Source of the DNA: Phoronis australis
Taxonomy: Eukaryota; Animalia; Phoronida
Direction: 5' to 3'
Length of the DNA stretch: 64,000 nucleotides
NCBI GenBank assembly: GCA_002633005.1
Contig: NMRA01000003.1
Span: 1,727,618 to 1,791,617 of the forward strand
Shown piece after piece: positions 56,201 to 64,000 of the stretch. Position numbers and translations under genes: made by a program. A model generated the notes under the pieces. The model worked only from the letters and a program-made list of their open reading frames with translations. It did no database searches and was not told the DNA's origin. Position 1 is the stretch's first letter; the number at the start of each line of letters is the position of its first letter.

Positions 56201-58975
56201 AAAATTTGTTACCCAAAGAACTCAGTGTGATGTAAAAGCTGAATTTTAGTGTAAGTCCTCAAAGACGTAACAAATGAAAATTTTCGTCAGTTTATGTACC
56301 TTCTCGGCCTCAAACTACAAGTTCTGTAACCTGAGTTGGGTTAATGTCAAAAATATCTGTGTTTAGTCTGAAAACAACCCACAAAGAGATGTGTGTACTT
56401 GTATAGTTCTTCACACAATGGAATGAACAAAGTTAAAATGTTATGACTATGCGTATGGTACTTCATATGGTCTGCAAAAACGCATACCGGTAATTGGTCA
56501 ATTCACTCTGACTGTCACGGTGAGTGATTCCTTGGCCGTTTTAGAATGATATCTGACACCTGTCCCCGGTTGCATGAAACAGTCCTATATAGGGACTTAA
56601 CTATGTTCCCTAAATCTTTTGCATATTTGTTTCATTCTTTACTTAAAGATGTAGTATTTTTCTATCATTTTCTTTTTATTATGAGCTCCTCTTTGACTAA
56701 TGAGATTGTCTAATAATATGACTAAAACTGAGCCCTTAATGTAGTCAAAATTTATAGGGACATAGTCCTTAAAGTAGGGACGTTGCATGAAAAGATCCCT
56801 TCTTATTTTTAATAGTAATGAGAATTCAACGTAGAGTTCACTCTCGATTTGTATCAAAGTCAAAAATTGACTTAGTGATGAGACTCAAATAGTATAAGGA
56901 AGGACAATCAGTGATTTCACAAGCTCATAAATACGCAGTAGATTTAGGGAGCTTAGTTGAGTCTATATTGGGACTCTTTCATGCAACCAGCCACTGGTTC
57001 CCTCAGGCATTAAATTGACGCGCAAAATTTCATAGGAATCAGCCTATACATTACAGAGAAATCTATGCTGACCTGCAAAAGATTTAGAAAATTAAAAGAG
57101 GCCAGAAGATGGCCCGTATAGTTTTTCTGCATATCAAAATAAATTGAAGTCATCCCAAATAACTTATCCATTTCATATAAATTATGTATTTAAAGACAAT
57201 TAGCTAGTAGCACTAAGGTTATATACCGGTATTTGAATAAAAATTGCTATGAAGGTTGACAATCACACTAATACATGTCACATGGTAACCTGGCGTTCTC
57301 AATTCCTGCTTTTGGACCTTTGCCAATCAGAGCCTTCTCCATAACCTGTAGACTGAGGAAAGCCAGAGGGTTTTCATTACTTCCTTATCATGCTAAGCCA
57401 TCTAATATCTTTTGTGAATTGGCAGGCTGAGTCTCATATCTCACCTCTGTGCATTACAATGACTCCACCACAGCATGGCAAAAACCACATTGGCAGGGTC
57501 TGGGAGCAACTTTTTAGCATTAGCCAGCGTGATCTCCAAGGCTACCTGCTTAGTTTATCATGATAAGCATATCACCATTGGCTCTAATGCCCCAGTTTTT
57601 CAGAATCCTGGCTAGGTTGTACGCTTATTTCACTTACTGGGTATGTCCACTAGCCCCTGATATTAGGGAGGTAGTCAAACGTCTGGTCATTTTTCTATGA
57701 TTGTTTTTGAATTATATGAAATACTCATTTGCACATTGGTCACAGTTTGAGAATCAGCAAATGGTGTTTATTTTTCTTCAGTTTCTTCATGAGTAATTAG
57801 AGAAGATCTAATTGATGAATTGGTGCCTTTTGTTTTTTGCTAAATTTTGCTGAAAATACATGGTCACATTACCAAATTAATGACGCATTGGTAAAAAGTT
57901 AAAAATCAAATTCTTCAGGCTTTCTTAAATAAAATATTTCACCTACGTTAAAATCTATTGTTTTGTAGATATTTTTGCTAAATATTCACCCTAGTGAATA
58001 AGGTCCTACATAACCGCAAGGATATGTAGGATCTTAAATTGAAAAGTTGTGCGTATTTGGTCAAGTATCTACAAATTAAACTGTAAATTTCAACTCAGTA
58101 AAACTTTTACTAAAAGTATGTATTTTGTCAAAGAAGAAAGCGCATATATCAGCTTTTTCAAGTGGGACATCAATTAGATCACATAACCATGCCTTCTTGT
58201 TCATTAGCAGCATTTTGCAAAGAGAAAGCTACAGTAACCAAATTAGTCATGTCATGTATGTATGTGTACATGGTTAACTGGTAATGAGACCATGAATATT
58301 AATTATTTGTTAAGAGATTGATATGCTCACAAATTTGTTAAAAAAACTCAGCATTCATTTCTACGTTATGTTGCTTAGTATTTTTAAGCTCGGTATGTTG
58401 ATTAGTAGATCTGTTATGTAAAAGATAACTTCTTATCTTTTTTGTGTGTGGCTGTATCAAACCTCTGTGTGACCTTGGATTTTTTAATTTTGGAGGGAGT
58501 AATGTTCACATAGCCCAAGAAATGTCATGCCAACAGTGTTTTGTCTTGGTTGTCTCTGTAGGTAGTCCAAGCCTCCTCTCCCTTCTAAATCCAACTATGA
58601 AAAATATTAATGAAAACCGCTGCTAATAATAATAATAATGATATTTAAGTTATTCATGGAGCTACAATACTTATTATTCATGCACTCTTCATTTTTCAAC
58701 ATATTTCAAGTTTGTAATTATTCCTTATAGGCAACTCGCTGTTTCTTGCCGTCCATGCTGGAGAGTAACCATGGTCACATTGTGTGTGTCTCTAGCGCTC
58801 TGGGTCTGGGAGGCATCAGTGGCCTTGTGGACTATACTGCCAGCAAATTTGGCATCATCGGTTTTCTGGAGACCCTCAACTTGGAGATTGAATTCGGTGG
58901 TTATGATGGAGTAAAAACCACCATTGTGTGTCCTTACCACACTCGCACAAGCATGTTTGAAGGATGTCGTATCAG
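53273..58975 (+). CDS. RDH10: Retinol dehydrogenase 10-like short-chain dehydrogenase (SDR16C), 3' partial
   Basis: Exons 53273-53556, 54512-54677 and 58731-58975. N-terminal membrane anchor, TGGAQGLG, NNAG, catalytic YTASK, and MLESNHGHIV and VCPY...MFEGCRIR as in RDH10. Head-to-head with RPL7 as in human. No further exon was found before the window end. A possible upstream micro-exon lies at 53157-53165. Confidence 0.85.
53953..54020. repeat. Imperfect (CAT)n microsatellite
   Basis: catcattgtcatcaccattgtcat...catcatcatcatcatcatcat. Confidence 0.85.
56563..56993. mobile_element. MITE with ~50-bp TIRs (possibly PIF/Harbinger-like)
   Basis: ggttgcatgaaacagtcctatatagggacttaactatgttccctaaatct pairs with agatttagggagcttagttgagtctatattgggactctttcatgcaacc. 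Confidence 0.7.
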
Positions 58976-61476
58976 GTACCATACTTGTGTTTGTAGTTTT
59001 CTCAAAGATGCTAATAATTTTATTGTCTCATTAAAACTGCGCCAGATAAACTAAACATGTTTAATCCGCAGACGACAATACAACGAGACAGAACCCAGAG
59101 GGTTCCTACCAACCACAGTCGTACGAATACCAATACAATGGCACTGTGAATATTTAATTTGTAGCAAGCGCCACCTAGTGACTTCCTGGAGAACTGTGTG
59201 TACAAGTATAATCAGGGATTAAAAAACAATTCATACATAAATTACGGTTTTAAAGAGAACACCTATACCGATACACTTAAAAACAAGTGTGAACTTACAA
59301 AAGTCCTAGTAATTCCAAGTATTATGGAATACGGTCCTTATTTGACAGTGAAATCAACAAAAAATAAAAACTGTGCCTTGTTTCGTTAGGATAACGATAT
59401 GTTACTCATTTACATAAAAATAGTCTTGCAAAACAAGACTTTCGCGAGATTGTAATGGTAACTCGGGTTCTCAGATGGTTTTTGGCATACTGAATGATCT
59501 AGAGTTGTTTGTAAATTAGTACTTCATGTGCATATTCACAATTTAATGACGCTATGCATCTTTAAACATCTTCTGGTGTTTCATAGCCAAGTTTTTTCCT
59601 GAGGCCAAAAAGAAGTGCTTTGAGTTACCAATTTCTGACTGGACAATGGTGTTATGCCTAATTGAATTACACATAGTAAACATCTAGAGTGTCAAATTTC
59701 TCCAGAAACCAGTTTTCAGTGGAGAATTTCTCACTTACACTGGTCACCACTGGGAGGGGGGGGGAGCAGACAACTTTTATTATGCCTATTCAGCACTTGC
59801 TCTTTGTATTGATGTAGATCTGAACTAATGAAGTGGAAAGGTAATTAGCTAGCATTACTGTCTCAACAATGGTGGTTGTTTATTACACTCAACTTGGTTT
59901 TTGAATTTGCACAGGGTTACACCTTGCAACTGCAGAACTGTGGAGAGTAGTTTTAACTTGGTACATTTTAGATATAACAAAATGACTAAAAACTTAATTT
60001 GTATTTATCTTGACTAAGGGCCACTTCCCAAAGGAAAGGTGATTTTAAATATGTTTCATACCAGTTTTTGTTATTTCATTTTTAAAACTCCTGTCAACTT
60101 GTTTGTTTTTTCTTACTATCTGGGAACGGGTTGATAACTTTTTATTTTATTTTTAAACTTAAAATACCAAAACAGTGGTAGATTTTGTTCGCCAGCGAAA
60201 CTTAATTAGTTTAGCTAATTGTGAACCCATCCATGAGCTTTCCAGATTACAGCTACACTAAGCAGTTCACAGCAAACAAAACTATAGGAATCGTTAGTTT
60301 AAGTTTAATCTTTATTAGAACTCAAACCATGAAATATATACAAAAGTGCAAATATGGTGAAAGCCAAACTGAAGATTTGGAATCTCTGGACAATTTCAGT
60401 TGCACTGGTTACATAACTATTTTAGCTTTTTGTCGATCATAAAAAATGAAGAGTGGCCAGGTTATAAGTTAAGTACAACTGATTCCCAGTCAAAAATCTG
60501 GTTAAACAGGATTGAAAGAATGTTAAAAGAATAATCCATGTGATACTCTTAACTCTCATCAGCCTTGTTTGTAAGTCCACTGAGTATATCAATGCGCACA
60601 GTCGTATATTTTCAATCGTATCCAATGTTTGTAGTTTTTAGCTTATCAGTTCATCGATTTTTAAAAGAGAAGACCATACTTGGTTGTTTTTTTTCAGATG
60701 AATACCGCCGTGGTGTTCGTTTTTAATGAAAGTTATTGGTGTAATGCATTTTTAAAATTCGGCAGTATGCACAGGCAGAGATGTTTTCTACAGTTCATGG
60801 ATGGGTAATTACACCGTATTGGGTGTTGCTTGCACCGGACAATGCGGTCATCACAACTGTGTCTGATTCTGGCACCAAACTCCCTTTGATCCCGGTAAAA
60901 GCCACTTAAAAGGAAGGACAAGCGGTGAAAATTCTCATGTCTTTAGGAATGCACGACTTGAACAAGCATATTATTCACGGTATGGATTGGTTGTCATACA
61001 AGACCCCATGCTGTGCATTGATGGCTATTTTTCAGTTCTTTCACTTCGCACTCCTGTGATGCCTTTCTGGTGGATTTTTTCTGAATCTGATGTGGTTGGA
61101 TTTGTCATAGGCTATCTGTAATATATCATCTATTTCTCATGAGACTTAGTGTTTTTGAATTCAAGATTTTCAGTGGTGACTGTTCTTTTGTTGGCTGATC
61201 AATCCTGGTCTTCTTGTTGAATGACCTGTGCTGTAGGCCGCATTTTTGTCCAATTGATACGGGATTGGGGAACAAACAAGCATCTCGAATGTTTGCATAC
61301 GGTGCTACTCATCAGGCAGCCTTTACTATTTTTCTTTTTTTGAAGCCATGGCTCAATCAGCCATCGCTGAAGGCTCAATCTTGGTATGTGAATAGATCTC
61401 ACTAAGGCCTGTATGCTATCTGTATCTGGGTCACCTGCTTATGTGGGTTTGTCAAGCATGGTTTGTGTGTTCTTTA

Positions 61477-62712
61477 TTACTTGGCGAAATAAATTTCGCC
61501 AAGTATGTTGCTCTGTCGTCAAGTTTTTTTTTTTTTGTTCGCACTCTACAGGTCGCAATTTTCGTCCAATTTTCACGAAATTTGCACACAACGTGTAGAT
61601 CGGAAAGTCCTGGAAGCCTATTGTTTTTGGTAATGATCGCGTACAAAATGGCGGACATGGTGGCCATTTTGTATCCGATTTCACAGTCAAATGCTCGTAG
61701 AGGCCGCATTTTTCGTTGTACATAGCTGAAAATCTGTACGAATATACTAAAACGCATGTGCTACAACTGTGCAGAAACTCAATGACTTCCGGTAAAAGAT
61801 GGCGGAAATATTGGAAGTGGCGCATGCGCACCCCGAAATATGGCTAAAAACATTTTCTCCTGTAGAGGGCGCAATTGCAAACCAATCACTTTCAAACTGG
61901 TCACGTGTTCGTTGAGTTTAATAAGCTTTTAAAAAAATTATTGAACCGGAAGTCACCTTCAAGATGGCGGCTGTGGGGCATGTTCACACGGTTTCAATTG
62001 CTCTGGTGTCGCATTTTTTATGGGAAGAGCAAATGACGTGAATTTTTGCATGTGGATTCCTTGAAGTATGGCCTTTCAAAAAGTCTGCGAGAGCGCATTT
62101 CTCAGACTTACCGTTTTCGAGTTATTTGACTTTGAATTTCAAAAAAAACGGCAAATTTTCAATTTTCTCGAAAAATTTTTGGATTTTTGCCAAACTACCA
62201 CTTTAGATAGAGATTTGAACGGGCTTTCAGAAGATATTTTCCATTTTGCGCTACGACGTCTACTTTTTGAATTATTTGAGATTTTCGGATACCGTTGTTC
62301 CTTCGGTCACGTATGCACTCAGCTGGCTGGCTTTCAGTTCACTTTGTTTTGGTTATGTCTGCACAAGTTAACAGAGAGTTGTGACTCCGACTGACCCAGG
62401 TAGCACTGTCGTACTGTAGACTGGAATTCCAGGCGAAATACTATTGTAAACATAACTTTGCTCTGCAGACTGTCACATAGTGCCACCTATTTTGGATTGC
62501 GGGAACAAAGCATGGCTCGTCCGTCATGTTGCGCTATCTATTGTTTTTTATTGTAGTTCATTATATGCTCTCTATTTGATTTCTTCGCTAGTCACATGAA
62601 TGTTACCGTGTTATTTATTATTGTCGCCTTGATCGTCATGATTGTCGTCGTCCTCCCCATTGTCGTCTTTCGATTAACTCCACCAAGTGTCGCTCCTCCG
62701 AGCGCTCTCGTT
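61477..62712 (+). mobile_element. Family-B Helentron/DINE-like element
   Basis: 5' hairpin TACTTGGCGAAATAAATTTCGCCAAGTA; 3' CCAAGT subterminal repeat plus CGCTCCTCCGAGCG hairpin and T-run. Inverted copy of 16973-18219. Confidence 0.8.
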
Positions 62713-64000
62713 TTTTGTTTGTTCGCACGATACAGGTCGCAATTTTCGTCTGATCATCACAAAATTTACACATATCACGTACTTCCGGAAGTACAGGAAG
62801 CCTATTGTTTTTCGTCAAAATTGGATCCAAGATGGCGGCTGTGGTGGCCATTTTGTTTCCATTTAAAGGTTCAAATGCTTCTGGAGGCTACAATTTTTTA
62901 CGTAAAAGGCTAAGAATTGGCACAGCAAATGGACCGGAAGTTTGCTACAAATATACTGGAAATTGTTTACTTCCGGTTAAAGATGGCGGAAATCTCGGCG
63001 ATCGCGCATGCGCACCTCGATTTTGGCCTAAAAACGTTTTCTCCTCTAGAGGGCGTATTATAAGACCAATTCCTTCGAATTTTTAGAGGTACTAGTTTCT
63101 TATGACATTCTATTATACCAAGCCAAAAAACCGGAAGTTGCTTTCAAGATGGCGGATCTGGCGCATGTTGACCCATTTTCAGTCGTCTGGAGTGCGATTT
63201 TAAATGGGAAGAGAAAAAGACGTGATTTTTTGCATGTAGATTCTTTGAAGTATATTCTTTCAAATGGCCTGTAACAATTTTTTCCTCAGACTTAGCGTTT
63301 TCGAGTTAGTTGACTTTGAATTTCTTAAAAAAAAACGCAAAATTTCATTTTTTTCGAAAAATTTACGGAATTAGGCGATACCATCAGTTTAGATAGAATT
63401 TTGAACAGGCTTTCAGAAAATGTTTTCCATTTTTCGCTAGGACGTCTACTTTTCGAGTTATTTAAGATTTTCTGACAACGCTGTTCCTTTGTTGAGCGCT
63501 CTTGCTGCATTGATATTGGTTTATCTTCTATTGAACTAGACTGTAGCCTATTTCTTATTGATTTATGACATCTAAGTTCATCATATGAATGTTGTGATGT
63601 TGTTCATCATCGCCACCACCATCATCATATTCGTCATCATCGTCATCATTTTCGTCATCATCTCCGTCGTTGTCTTTTCCGTTAATTTCGCCAAGTGTCG
63701 CACAAGACTATAGCCTTTTTCTTACTGATTTCGGACTTCTACGTTCGTCATGTGTATGTTGTTATTACTTCTTTTGTTCATCCTGGCCACCATGGTCATC
63801 ATATTTGTCATCTTCGTCATCATCTTTATCGTCATCTTTTTGGTTAATTTCGCCAAGTTTCGCTCCTCGGAGTGCTTTCATTACTTGGCGAAATAAATTT
63901 CGCCAAGTATGTTGCTCTTCCACTAAGTTTGTTTTTTTTTTTTTTACTTGGCGGAATTCTTTGAATTCCGTCAAGTATGTTGCTCTGACAGCAAGTTTTT
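62713..64000 (+). mobile_element. Further head-to-tail family-B units (diverged unit 62713-63882; new 5' ends at 63881 and ~63945)
   Basis: Colinear diverged homology with 61530-62710, ending cgccaagtttcgctcctcggagtg, followed directly by two more ttacttggcg...c(g/gt)caagtatgttgctct 5' ends. Confidence 0.75.

Noticed and set aside
60690-61400. Possible fourth RDH10 exon after acceptor-like sites (60697, 61035, 61173)
   Set aside because: The frames checked stop early or lack the expected LPxLxPxxxV-type SDR continuation; the remaining exons are probably beyond the window.
62596-62913. ORF with a signal-anchor-like hydrophobic N-terminus
   Set aside because: Derived from the degenerate (ATT/GTC)n tract of the family-B repeat.

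Overview
Eukaryotic, intron-rich, AT-rich genomic DNA from a draft assembly with N gaps. The source is most likely an invertebrate deuterostome such as a hemichordate, inferred from protein style and gene order. Manual splicing (GT-AG, all phases checked) recovers six genes in strict alternation: NDUFA3-like (-, 82 aa, invisible to the ORF track), GFER/Erv1 (+, 183 aa), POLD2 (-, 469 aa), an uncharacterised 547-aa 7-TM protein resembling DUF3537/gustatory-receptor-like 7TM ion channels (+), RPL7 (-, 245 aa) and RDH10-like SDR16C (+, runs past the window end). Intergenic gaps are short (about 50-500 bp), giving three head-to-head promoters and two tail-to-tail 3' ends. Introns carry many non-autonomous elements: Helentron/DINE-like elements with internal satellites and arrays of CTCF-consensus motifs, hAT MITEs, a palindromic MITE family near promoters, and a Kolobok element keeping the 5' ends of a THAP-transposase and of a P2X7-ballast-like (KolX) gene. 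A 3-kb tandem duplication across a gap is probably an uncollapsed haplotype. No database searches were run, so family calls rest on recognised motifs.
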